From assembly GCF_000196555.1 (NCBI RefSeq), contig NC_015067.1, positions 2,310,001-2,342,000 of the forward strand: DNA of 32,000 nt, given 5' to 3'. Shown piece by piece: positions 7,336 through 16,100 of the stretch. How positions within the stretch are numbered: the stretch's first letter is position 1; each line of letters begins with the position of its first letter. The position numbers and the translations under genes are program-made. The notes below the pieces were generated by a model. That model was not told where the DNA came from, made no database searches, and saw nothing but the letters and a program-made list of their open reading frames with translations. The DNA comes from Bifidobacterium longum subsp. longum JCM 1217 (GTDB taxonomy: Bacteria; Actinomycetota; Actinomycetes; Actinomycetales; Bifidobacteriaceae).

Positions 7336-9638
7336 CTTAACGCCACAGCCTTGAGCAATACTGCCTGCTGGGGGTGGAGGGACGGGGGACGGATGCCGTA
7401 ACGCTGCAGGGCTTCGCCGGTCAGGACTACGCCTTCCTCGTTCCACCAGCCGAGAGTGCTCTGGCCGTTGGTCAGACCGGTCAAATCCAAGCTCGGGTCG
7501 AGCGGGCTGACGCGGTAGGTGCGCTCGGGGTCAAGTCCGGGCAGGTGCACGGGCGCGGCCGGATAGGTCTGGCTGGTGGTCAGCTGGGTGAAGCGGTAGA
7601 TGGCGGCGTCGCGGTTCGGCATCACCATGCCATCCAAGCGCACGGCCGGATCGTTGGAGTCGGCGTGCACGCAGGTGTCGATGGCGAACCAGTCGCGGTG
7701 CTTCTTGAATTCGGCCACCCACACGGCCAGCTTGGCGAGCGCCTCGTCCGGCTCCTTCAACAGGTTCCATTCGATGCCCATGTGGCCGAAGAACGCCATG
7801 GCCATGCGCAGTTCCTGGCTGGTGGCACGCTGGGTGGAGTGCGCGGGACTGGCACCCACGTGCTCGCCCATCATCGCCGGCGGCACCAGCAGCGAGGTGT
7901 AGCGCTGGATGTCCGCGCGCTCGACCGGGTCCACGCAGTCGGAGACCCAGATACGGTCAGCGTGCTCTAGGATGCCGAGATCCACGCGGCCACCGCCGGA
8001 GGAGCAGCTTTCGATCTCAAGGCCCGGATGTGCGGTCTTGAGGCCCTTGAAGATGTTGTAGACGGCGAGGGTCTGCGCGTGCACGGCCGGGCGGCCGGAG
8101 CGGCGGGAACCGGGCTCGGTGACGAGCTTGTTGTGGTCCCACTTGATGTAGTCGATACCAAGCTCGCCGACAAGCTGGTCCATGCAGCCGTAGATGTAGT
8201 CGAACGCATCCGGATTGGTCAGATCGAGCACCTGCTGAGTGCGGCCCTGCAGCGGCAGTCGGCCGGTGGTGGGCGAAAGAATCCAATCGGGGTGGTTGCG
8301 GGCCACGTCGGAATCGGGGTTGACCATTTCCGGCTCGAACCACAAGCCGAATTCCATACCCTTGGCGTGCACGTAGTCGGCGAGCGCCTTCAGGGACTTC
8401 GGACCATCGGGCCAGACGTCCTGCGCAATCTGCCAGTCACCGAGGCCGGAGGTGTCGTCGCGGCGGGAGCCGAACCAGCCGTCGTCCACCACGAATCGTT
8501 CCACGCCGGAGTCGGCGGCCTTGTCGGCGAGCGCCTTCAGCGTATCGAAGTTGTGGTCGAAGTACACGGCTTCCCATGTGTTGAGGATCACCGGACGGCC
8601 GTGCGAGAACAGGCGCGGGTGCAGGGAGCGCACGTAGGAGTGGAATCGGGCGGCGATCTCGTTGAGACCATCGCCATAGGAGCCGAACAGCCACGGGGTG
8701 TCGTAGGAGTTCTGGCCTTCGCCAGGGCCAGCGAGCGTCACTTCGCCGCCGAACAGGAGTTCGCCGCCGCCGATCACGCCGGTTGTGTAGGGCAGACGTT
8801 CGGCGGACAGCACGGAGTTGCCGCTCCAGCCCACGTGCACCGAATAGGCGTCGCCATGCTCGAAGCTGAAACCGGGCACGCCGGCGGTCAGGAGCAGGGA
8901 TGCGTCGAAGTCAGGGCGGCCGGCGAGCTGCGGCTTTTCGAAACGGCCGACGGTCAGCGGCTGGCGCTGCGGACTGCGTTCACGTAGATGGTGACCGGTG
9001 GTGGTGAGGATTTCGCCGGCGGATTCGGGCAGCGGGAAGCCGAGCTCGATCTTGCCGATCTCGAGCGGGGCTCCGGCGTCTGCACCGAACAGGTTGGTTA
9101 CGGTGGCCTTCTGACGGACCAGGCCGCCGGGGAGCAGTTCGAGGTGCCATTCGACTTCCACGCCCTGCTCCTCATCGCGCGCGGTGACTATGACGCCGGG
9201 CACGCGGACCGGACCGGTGGCACGGGCATGGCCGGCCACATCGGTGTAGCTTTCGCCGGACACGGCATCGAGGGTGGCTTCCAGCACGCCGCCGGCCTCG
9301 ATATTGGTCACGGTGAACTTGGGGAAGAGCTCGACGCCGGCGCGGCGCAGCACCACGCGCTGCTCGCCGATCCAGCTTTCGGCCTGGGTGGGCAGGATAG
9401 ACGGCCAGGCGGTGTCGTCGAGCGCGCCGGACACGCGCTGCGGCTTCAGGGCGTCATAGGCGGCCAGCAGGGTGTCGGGCTTGGCCAGCGGGCGGCCCCA
9501 GTGGACGATGTGCGGCAGGTCGCTGCCGGCAAACACCAGACCGATCGCCACATTGGCGGCGGGCTGGGTCAGGTAGACGGCGGTGAGTGCGGTGCCGTCA
9601 GCGGCGGCGCCGGTGAAAGTGGAGGTGTTCTCGGCCAT
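7332..9638 (-). CDS. rafA: Alpha-galactosidase, glycoside hydrolase family 36
   Basis: GH36 signatures are readable in the translation: FVVDDGWFGSRRDD, IDYIKWDHN and ESCSSGGGRVD. ATG at 9636-9638 (MAENTSTF) is preceded by GAAGGAG. The track's longer GTG start at 9674 has no RBS. The gene is also called aga in other bifidobacteria. Confidence 0.9.
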   Translation of the reverse strand: MAENTSTFTGAAADGTALTAVYLTQPAANVAIGLVFAGSDLPHIVHWGRPLAKPDTLLAAYDALKPQRVSGALDDTAWPSILPTQAESWIGEQRVVLRRAGVELFPKFTVTNIEAGGVLEATLDAVSGESYTDVAGHARATGPVRVPGVIVTARDEEQGVEVEWHLELLPGGLVRQKATVTNLFGADAGAPLEIGKIELGFPLPESAGEILTTTGHHLRERSPQRQPLTVGRFEKPQLAGRPDFDASLLLTAGVPGFSFEHGDAYSVHVGWSGNSVLSAERLPYTTGVIGGGELLFGGEVTLAGPGEGQNSYDTPWLFGSYGDGLNEIAARFHSYVRSLHPRLFSHGRPVILNTWEAVYFDHNFDTLKALADKAADSGVERFVVDDGWFGSRRDDTSGLGDWQIAQDVWPDGPKSLKALADYVHAKGMEFGLWFEPEMVNPDSDVARNHPDWILSPTTGRLPLQGRTQQVLDLTNPDAFDYIYGCMDQLVGELGIDYIKWDHNKLVTEPGSRRSGRPAVHAQTLAVYNIFKGLKTAHPGLEIESCSSGGGRVDLGILEHADRIWVSDCVDPVERADIQRYTSLLVPPAMMGEHVGASPAHSTQRATSQELRMAMAFFGHMGIEWNLLKEPDEALAKLAVWVAEFKKHRDWFAIDTCVHADSNDPAVRLDGMVMPNRDAAIYRFTQLTTSQTYPAAPVHLPGLDPERTYRVSPLDPSLDLTGLTNGQSTLGWWNEEGVVLTGEALQRYGIRPPSLHPQQAVLLKAVALS

Positions 9639-9757
9639 ATTGTCTCCTTCGACGTGTGTGGATTTGCATTGCACTACTGGTTTCGATGGTAGAAGAAATG
9701 GAATATGTTGCCTTGGTGCCGCGTGTTGGTTGCGTGAGGTAAGTAATGCGTCCGTGT

Positions 9758-10207
9758 CTATCGCCGCTGGGCGAAGAAATCAGTCAGGATGGACTGACAC
9801 TCGCCTTCCAGCACGCCGCCGTGCACTTCAGGACTATGGCCGATATGCGGATCGCGCGGAATATCCCAAATCGAACCGCATGCACCGAGCTTGGGATCCC
9901 AGGCACCGAACGCGATGGTGCCGATATGGGTCTGGATGCAGGCACCCGCGCACATCGGGCACGGCTCAAGTGTGACGGCCAGCGTGCAATCGGCGAGATT
10001 CCAAGCGCCCAAGGCTTGGGCCGCCTGACGCATGGCGATGATTTCGGCGTGGGCAAGCGGGTCGCCATCAGCCTCACGCGTGTTGTATCCGCGCCCGACA
10101 ATCTGGCCGGCCGCATCCAGCACCACCGCACCAACCGGTACGTCACCAGCGGCTGCGGCCTGACCGGCCAGTTCCAGTGCGCAGCGCATCGCCTCGTCAT
10201 ATTCCAT
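9758..10207 (-). CDS. tadA: tRNA-specific adenosine deaminase
   Basis: CDA-fold zinc motifs HAEIIAM and TLEPCPMCAGA. Size and the N-terminal MEYDEAMRCALELA fit TadA. The start is ambiguous: ATG at 10207, 10243 or 10291 are all in frame. Confidence 0.8.
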   Translation of the reverse strand: MEYDEAMRCALELAGQAAAAGDVPVGAVVLDAAGQIVGRGYNTREADGDPLAHAEIIAMRQAAQALGAWNLADCTLAVTLEPCPMCAGACIQTHIGTIAFGAWDPKLGACGSIWDIPRDPHIGHSPEVHGGVLEGECQSILTDFFAQRR

Positions 10208-10332
10208 ACCAACGAGTGTATGCCTTTTCTCATATCGTCTCATGATGTGCATAATCGGCCGCAAGCTTAACGTTTTCTTCATGGTTCCCATATACTTTTG
10301 GTGGAGAAAAATTTAAGGGAGAAGGCGGCAAC

Positions 10333-12405
10333 ATGGCGGTATTTGAGCTCATCCTATGCATCATTGCGGCGGTGGTGGTGAGCTCGTTTGTCAGTCGCTT
10401 CGTGCCCAAAGTCTCCACGCCGCTGGTCCAGATTGTGCTGGGCGTGCTGGTTACGTATCTGCCGTTTTTCCCGAATGCAACGCTCGACCCGGAACTGTTC
10501 ATGGTGCTGTTTATCGCGCCATTGCTGTATTTGGAAGCCCACGAAATCGATAAGTCGGCGTTGCTGAAAACGCTGGATCTGAGCCTATCGCTGGCTATCG
10601 GACTGGCTATCGTCACGATGGCGGCGGTCGGATTCACTTTGCATGCCGTCTGGCCGTCCATCACCTTAGCCTCAGCCTTAGCACTCGGCGCGGCACTCGG
10701 CCCGACCGATGCGGTGGCCGTCAGCTCCCTCGGTAAAGAAGCCTCGCTGACGCAGCGTCAGCGCAGCGTGCTGAAAGGCGAATCACTCTTCAATGACGCT
10801 TCCGGCATCGTCGGCTTCCAGTTCGCTCTGGCCGCCGCCTTCACTGGAGAATTCGCCGTGGGGCAGGCCGCCGGCGAATTCGTGATCTCCTTCTTTGGCG
10901 GCACCTTATTTGGCCTGGTGATAGCAGCAGCGGCCAACTGGCTATTCGAGACCGTGCGATCCCTCGGCTGGGAAACCACTACCACACGTATTCTGATGGA
11001 ACTGTTCCTGCCCTTCCTGCTGTATTTGGGCGCGGAGGAATTCAATGTGTCCGGCATTCTGTCGGTGGTGGCCGCTGGCCTGTTCATCCGATTCGACCGC
11101 ACCGGCGTGGGGCCGAATGTGGCACGTACGAATATCGTTTCCACTTCAGTATGGGGTGTGCTGAGTTTCTCGCTCAACGGTGCGGTGTTCATTCTTCTGG
11201 GCATGCAGCTGCCGCGCGCCATGAGGGCCAGCTGGTCTGACCCGTATATCAGCAATACCGTGCTGATCGGCATTATTCTGCTGGTCACTCTGGTGGTAAT
11301 CGCGCTTCGATTCTTCTGGATTGCGGCCATGCTGCGCGTTGCGCGAGATACAATCACCGGCCAGCGCCGCAAAATGACACCCGAACGCTGGCGCTCGGCC
11401 GCAGTGATGACCTTTGGCGGCCCCAAGGGAACCATCACGCTGTCATTGATGTTTACCATCCCGTATTACATTGCCGGCGGTGCGCCGTTCCCGATGCGTG
11501 ACGAGCTGATTTTCATTGCGTCAGGCGTGATTATCGTGACCTTGCTGCTGGCCAACTTCCTGTTACCGCTATTGGCCCCGAACCGTGGCAAGGATCCCAG
11601 CGCGGAAATGATTCCGGTGACCATCGATGTGTTACGCGCCACGGTGGAGGAATTGACCGGACGCATCACGCCAGAGAATCGCCGTGCGATTCTGATGGTA
11701 ATCGACCAATACACCAAGCGCATCGGACGATTGCAGCAGCGCATCGGCGATACCGATCCTCAGGGATTCGAGCAATTGCAGATCGAAGCGCTGCATTGGG
11801 AAAAGGAATTCGTGCGCGACCGACTTGCCGACACCAAGGCGCATCCGGCGGCGGATACGGCCACGCAAGAGCTGAACGTCGAAGCCTGCGAGCGCATGCT
11901 TGACCAGATTATGAATACGCTGCGTCACACTTCCACTGATCCGACTTCGGGGCATGCGGTATCGCAGATTCGCGGTCGCTTACGCATGTTCCAGCGGCAG
12001 ATGAGCAATTACGCCAAACGCACGGTGTCCAAGATTCGCCATACCACACCATTGGTGAGCGAGGACCAGATTTTCGCGCGCACCCGCGAACTGCAGGTCG
12101 AGGCGATTCATCATGTTATCGGTCGGCTTATTGACGAGATGGGCCAGGATACGTACAACACCGAGCATTGTTCGGCACTGTTGCTGGATTATCGTCGTGC
12201 CGAGGCTTCATTGCAGGCACGTCCGACCATGAGCGGCACTACGGAAACCATCACGCAGGTCGAGGACGTAAAGCGCGAGAGCTACGGTATCGAACTCGGT
12301 ATGATTCAGGACATGTACGAAGCCGGCGACATCAACCGAGCCCAAGCCCGCTCCCTGAGGCGCAACATCTACGTTATGCAAGTGGACGCTGATTCCGGCA
12401 TCTAG
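10333..12405 (+). CDS. Na+/H+ antiporter, CPA1 (NhaP-type), with a long cytoplasmic C-terminal domain
   Basis: 690 aa. About 410 aa of hydrophobic TM core include LGPTDAVAV (the CPA1 TDP/TDA motif). This is followed by about 270 aa of hydrophilic helical tail. Confidence 0.8.
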   Translation: MAVFELILCIIAAVVVSSFVSRFVPKVSTPLVQIVLGVLVTYLPFFPNATLDPELFMVLFIAPLLYLEAHEIDKSALLKTLDLSLSLAIGLAIVTMAAVGFTLHAVWPSITLASALALGAALGPTDAVAVSSLGKEASLTQRQRSVLKGESLFNDASGIVGFQFALAAAFTGEFAVGQAAGEFVISFFGGTLFGLVIAAAANWLFETVRSLGWETTTTRILMELFLPFLLYLGAEEFNVSGILSVVAAGLFIRFDRTGVGPNVARTNIVSTSVWGVLSFSLNGAVFILLGMQLPRAMRASWSDPYISNTVLIGIILLVTLVVIALRFFWIAAMLRVARDTITGQRRKMTPERWRSAAVMTFGGPKGTITLSLMFTIPYYIAGGAPFPMRDELIFIASGVIIVTLLLANFLLPLLAPNRGKDPSAEMIPVTIDVLRATVEELTGRITPENRRAILMVIDQYTKRIGRLQQRIGDTDPQGFEQLQIEALHWEKEFVRDRLADTKAHPAADTATQELNVEACERMLDQIMNTLRHTSTDPTSGHAVSQIRGRLRMFQRQMSNYAKRTVSKIRHTTPLVSEDQIFARTRELQVEAIHHVIGRLIDEMGQDTYNTEHCSALLLDYRRAEASLQARPTMSGTTETITQVEDVKRESYGIELGMIQDMYEAGDINRAQARSLRRNIYVMQVDADSGI

Positions 12406-12410
12406 TTTCC

Positions 12411-12438
12411 CTGGCTCCCTTCTCTGAGGGGAGCCAAG
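12411..12438. terminator. Bidirectional hairpin between the convergent antiporter and TauE genes
   Basis: GGCTCCCTTC tct GAGGGGAGCC (10-bp stem including one G-U). It fills most of the 43-nt gap between the stops at 12405 and 12449. Same sequence family as 7170-7206. Confidence 0.55.
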
Positions 12439-12448
12439 TTGGGGATTG

Positions 12449-13303
12449 CTATTCCCGTGTGACTTTGAGGGCTACCCAGATGCTGCGAATCAGCAGAACC
12501 GTCAGATAGGTTGCGAAGAGTATTCCGCCGGCACGCGGGCTCATGGCCCCGGCAATCCAAGTGCCCAGCGGTGCGGTCAGTGCCGCCACGATGCCGATAA
12601 TCAGACCGGCTTTGGCATGCACCATTTTGCGGCGCACATTGGCCACGGTGGTGGTCATGGCATTCGGGAACATGGACAACAGCGAAGTACCACGCGCGAT
12701 CAAATCGGACGCGCCAAACAGGATCGACAAAGCCGGCACGCAAATCGCGCCGCCGCCCACACCCAGCAAGCCAGCCAAAATACCGGCGAGCACGCCGAAA
12801 ACAATCATCAGCAAGACAGTAACCAGATTAAATTCGATTGACGAATCACGCGAAGGTATAAAAATAAGCTGGCTCGCGATGATAAACGCCATAAACACCA
12901 CGAACGCCCAGCGCAGCACGACTTCCGGCAGTCGGGACAACAGCAGCGAACCAATCTGACCGCCGATGAACATGCCCAGGAACATCAGCAGCGCGGCAAT
13001 CCAATCCACATTGCCTTCAACCGCATAGGCCAGAACACCAGACACCGAGGTGGGCACAATCGCCAACATCGAAGTGGCGGCCGCATGCCGCTGGGTCAGG
13101 CCGAGCCAGACCAGCGCGGGCACGATGATGGTGCCGCCGCCAATGCCAAACAGTCCGGACAACAGCCCGACCAACACGCCCACCACAACCATAACCGCGA
13201 TGCCGCGCGGGGACTCGTCCACATGATTCTCTTCAGTATGTGCAGTAGTACTTGCAGTGCTCACTTCGCTCATGGGAGAACAGTCTATGACCGAGTCAGC
13301 CAC
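12449..13303 (-). CDS. TauE/SafE (DUF81) family anion exporter/permease
   Basis: Two internal repeats each carry the family glycine motif: LSGLFGIGGGTIIVPAL and LAGLLGVGGGAICVPAL. Polytopic membrane protein. Start is either GTG at 13303 or ATG at 13273. Confidence 0.75.
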   Translation of the reverse strand: MADSVIDCSPMSEVSTASTTAHTEENHVDESPRGIAVMVVVGVLVGLLSGLFGIGGGTIIVPALVWLGLTQRHAAATSMLAIVPTSVSGVLAYAVEGNVDWIAALLMFLGMFIGGQIGSLLLSRLPEVVLRWAFVVFMAFIIASQLIFIPSRDSSIEFNLVTVLLMIVFGVLAGILAGLLGVGGGAICVPALSILFGASDLIARGTSLLSMFPNAMTTTVANVRRKMVHAKAGLIIGIVAALTAPLGTWIAGAMSPRAGGILFATYLTVLLIRSIWVALKVTRE

Positions 13304-13362
13304 AAGCGCCCTCGATGTCCGATTGCTGCGACGGCCGCGCCAATTCCAGTAATGGCGGCTGA

Positions 13363-14121
13363 CTACAGCACGCCAGAAGTAATGTCGTTGTCAAGTAGCC
13401 ACTGGCGTAAATCGGCGAACTCCTCAAGACTCACATTGTGATCCAGACCGTGGTAGCTCTTGGTTTTCAGCCACGTATGCTCTTCCAGCCAAGCGGCGGT
13501 GGCGAACAGTTCGTATTTTGGGATTACGCCATCGTTCTTGCCGTACGTATAGAACACGGGGATATCGTAATCGGCCAGGCGAGAGTCGGCGGGGGCCGTG
13601 CCGGGCACCTGACCGGGTGTGTTGAAGCCGGACAGGGAGACGACGGCCCGGTACCGCTCGGGGTTGATGCGCAACAAATGCACGGCGACCAGCCCACCTT
13701 GCGAAAACCCAAGCGGCACCACGTCACGGTCGGCGGGAATGTTGTCGGCCACCCATCGGTCGACTGCTGTGGCGGCGGCATACGCGTCGTAGTCACGATC
13801 ATCGCCGATAGGCAGGGCATCGTGAAACCACGCGTAGTTGCCGGGGTCGGGACTGCCTTCACGGGCCGGCGCGAGTGTCAGCGGCCCGCGCAGTGCCACG
13901 AAGTCGTTATATGGAGCGATGAGGCGCATGATGTCCGCCATGTCTTCTTCGCTGGATCCCCATCCATGCAGGCACAGGAACAGCGGATGCGTGGCATGCT
14001 GGTCGAAGCCGCCGCGCGAGGTGACGCTGTGTTCCACGGTGAGTGGCTCGCCAAAACGTCCGGGCACAGTGGTGGATTCGCGGCCGATCAGAGGCTGGCT
14101 GGCATTCGCTTCTTTGCTCAT
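13363..14121 (-). CDS. Alpha/beta hydrolase (phospholipase/carboxylesterase family)
   Basis: LCLHGWGSSEEDM, nucleophile elbow GFSQGG, YGKNDGVIP (Asp) and YHGLDHNVS (His) match the serine hydrolase triad order. Confidence 0.7.
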   Translation of the reverse strand: MSKEANASQPLIGRESTTVPGRFGEPLTVEHSVTSRGGFDQHATHPLFLCLHGWGSSEEDMADIMRLIAPYNDFVALRGPLTLAPAREGSPDPGNYAWFHDALPIGDDRDYDAYAAATAVDRWVADNIPADRDVVPLGFSQGGLVAVHLLRINPERYRAVVSLSGFNTPGQVPGTAPADSRLADYDIPVFYTYGKNDGVIPKYELFATAAWLEEHTWLKTKSYHGLDHNVSLEEFADLRQWLLDNDITSGVL

Positions 14122-14239
14122 ACCATTCCAATATAGAGGTCTTGCGCGCTGTGCGGAAAACGATGGACCATGATTTCAATCACATTGGGTAATCCGCGCC
14201 GAATCGCCTTGGGACTTTTCAAGGGATACCGGCAATCTG

Positions 14240-15100
14240 TCAGGCGTTACCGCTGTCTGCGGTATCTGCGGCTGCGGTGATTGTCTCAAGTTCGCCGCCC
14301 CACTGCTGCTGCAGTGCGGTCATCTTGCTGGCCTCGCCGAACACCATCCAGCGTTTGCCGTTCAGCAATCGCCAATCACCTTTCGTTTGCTCATTATCAG
14401 CGTATTGGCTCAGCAGTTCGGAAATCTTGCTTTCGATAGGTGCCCGGCTGATGGCTGCGGACGATTCCGATTCAAAGGATACGAAGGCCACTCTCGGATC
14501 AGTGCACATCTGTACGGTGGTGATGCCCGGCAAACCGCCCGTATCAAGCCCCTGCCATCCTTCTTTGCACGCGCCGGCAGCTTGTTCGATGCCTTGCTCC
14601 ATCTGTGCGGTATCTTCGACGGGTGCCTTGTCGTTCGACTGCTGAATCAGTCCTTCCGGGAACAATACGCCCACGGCCACGCCGATAACCAAGCAAACTA
14701 TGGCGCACACCAGTGCGATGATGCCGCCCGCGCCCACTCCCCCGTGAGTGGCGTACCGAGGCATGGTGACTCGCGCAGCGATGACCAGAATCAGGGTGAT
14801 GCCGATAAGCACCGCCGCCGTCAACGCAATGTATCGTCCTGGCACTGCCGTCATAAAGGAAATGGCGTAAGGCGCGATCTCATGAACCGCCGAGGTGGCC
14901 GATACCACGACGGCTAGCAGTCCGCTGACAACGGCAAGTCTGCGGCACAATATCGACGTTGGGCTGCTGGCTTTTGTAGCGGCGAATCGCCGGCCGGCAT
15001 CCCGCCTGGATGGGCGTCGATTCTGTGCACGACGTGAGCTGCGCGAATCGTCATACTGACCATCGCCGAAGAAATCGTAGTCCTCATCGTTGCGGGCCAT
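14240..15100 (-). CDS. Hypothetical membrane protein
   Basis: ATG with a GGAAGGGGG RBS. Acidic then Arg-rich N-terminus (SRSSRRAQNRRPSRRDAGRR), three hydrophobic segments and a roughly 135-aa C-terminal domain with two Cys. No family recognised. Confidence 0.55.
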   Translation of the reverse strand: MARNDEDYDFFGDGQYDDSRSSRRAQNRRPSRRDAGRRFAATKASSPTSILCRRLAVVSGLLAVVVSATSAVHEIAPYAISFMTAVPGRYIALTAAVLIGITLILVIAARVTMPRYATHGGVGAGGIIALVCAIVCLVIGVAVGVLFPEGLIQQSNDKAPVEDTAQMEQGIEQAAGACKEGWQGLDTGGLPGITTVQMCTDPRVAFVSFESESSAAISRAPIESKISELLSQYADNEQTKGDWRLLNGKRWMVFGEASKMTALQQQWGGELETITAAADTADSGNA

Positions 15101-15184
15101 CGGTGCCCCCTTCCTGCCGATTACACAGCTAGTGTACCGCTATGGCTTGGGAATGGCGGTCATTCGGGGGAATGATTCAGGGCA

Positions 15185-15215
15185 CAAAAAGAACCCCGGC
15201 GGTTGCCCGCCGGGG
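15185..15215 (-). terminator. Intrinsic terminator reading on the minus strand
   Basis: CCCCGGCGG ttgc CCGCCGGGG (9-bp all-GC stem). On the minus strand it is followed by TTCTTTTTGT. It lies 85 nt upstream of the 14240-15100 gene start, so it ends a transcript coming from the dcd side. Confidence 0.7.
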
Positions 15216-15244
15216 AGAGAAAGGAGAGAGAAGAAGAAAGGGGG
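15212..15244. repeat. Uninterrupted 33-nt polypurine/polypyrimidine tract
   Basis: Plus strand reads GGGGAGAGAAAGGAGAGAGAAGAAGAAAGGGGG. On the minus strand this is a C/U tract immediately 5' of the terminator stem. Confidence 0.9.
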
Positions 15245-15456
15245 TTCAATTGTCGGGAACTGCTGCGGCTCCTGATCAGCTTTCCGCTGACATCTTTTAT
15301 ATAACCACTGCTTTCTGGGTCTACCTCTAAGTTTCTCTGAGAAAAACCTGAGAATACTTGCGATTGATGGACCGCGGAAGCGTGAGGAGCCTCTCACGTT
15401 TCCGCCCAAGGCGCTAGACTTGAAGGCAGTATTTATTTGCCCAAGGAGTTTTTCAC

Positions 15457-16038
15457 ATGCTGCTGTCCGACCGCGACATTCTCGCCGCACAGTCCGCAGG
15501 TCATATCTCACTTGATCCGTGGACCCCCGAAATGGTGCAGCCCGCTTCCATCGACGTGCGATTGGATCGGTACTTCCGTTTGTTCAATAACCACGCCTAC
15601 ACCTATGTCGATCCGGCGGAAAACCAAGGCGCGCTCACCGAACAGTTCGAGGTGGCTCCCGACGAACCGTGGATTTTGCACCCTGGCGAGTTCGCACTGG
15701 GTTCCACGTGGGAATACGTCAAGTTGGACCCGTCCATTGCCGCCCGTCTGGAAGGCAAGAGCTCACTGGGCCGATTGGGGATTCTCACCCATTCGACTGC
15801 GGGCTTCATTGACCCCGGTTTCGAGGGGCATATTACGCTTGAGCTGTCTAATGTGTCGACGTTGCCGGTCAAACTATGGCCTGGCATGAAAATCGGCCAG
15901 ATGTGCTTCTTCCAGCTGAGCTCGCCCGCTGAGCACCCTTATGGCTCCAAGGGCACCGGCTCGCATTATCAGGGCCAGCGGGGTCCGACGCCGAGCCGTT
16001 CCTACGAGAATTTCTACCGCGCGCACATCGACGACTGA
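15457..16038 (+). CDS. dcd: dCTP deaminase
   Basis: 193 aa, MLLSDRDIL...[10 protein letters not shown]...[26 protein letters not shown] 8 nt upstream. Confidence 0.9.
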   Translation: MLLSDRDILAAQSAGHISLDPWTPEMVQPASIDVRLDRYFRLFNNHAYTYVDPAENQGALTEQFEVAPDEPWILHPGEFALGSTWEYVKLDPSIAARLEGKSSLGRLGILTHSTAGFIDPGFEGHITLELSNVSTLPVKLWPGMKIGQMCFFQLSSPAEHPYGSKGTGSHYQGQRGPTPSRSYENFYRAHIDD

Positions 16039-16057
16039 GCGTTGCGACGTACCATTC

Positions 16058-16084
16058 GGCCGGCGGATGCCGGCCATTTGCTTA
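16058..16084 (+). terminator. Intrinsic terminator after dcd
   Basis: GGCCGGC ggat GCCGGCC followed by ATTTGCTT. Confidence 0.6.
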
Positions 16085-16100
16085 ATCCCAAGGAGATGTC

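Noticed and set aside
9639-9757. Possible tRNA gene downstream of tadA, a common neighbour in other bacteria
   Set aside because: No T-loop (GGTTCGAAT-like) or cloverleaf-compatible segments are present in the 119-nt gap. No tRNA-like sequence was seen elsewhere in the window either.
15090-15330. 61-62-aa plus-strand ORFs across the polypurine tract
   Set aside because: The reading frames are generated by the purine run (the ERREKKKGG and GEKGERRRKG stretches). They have no RBS and overlap the start of the minus-strand gene. The RNA-level interpretation is better supported.
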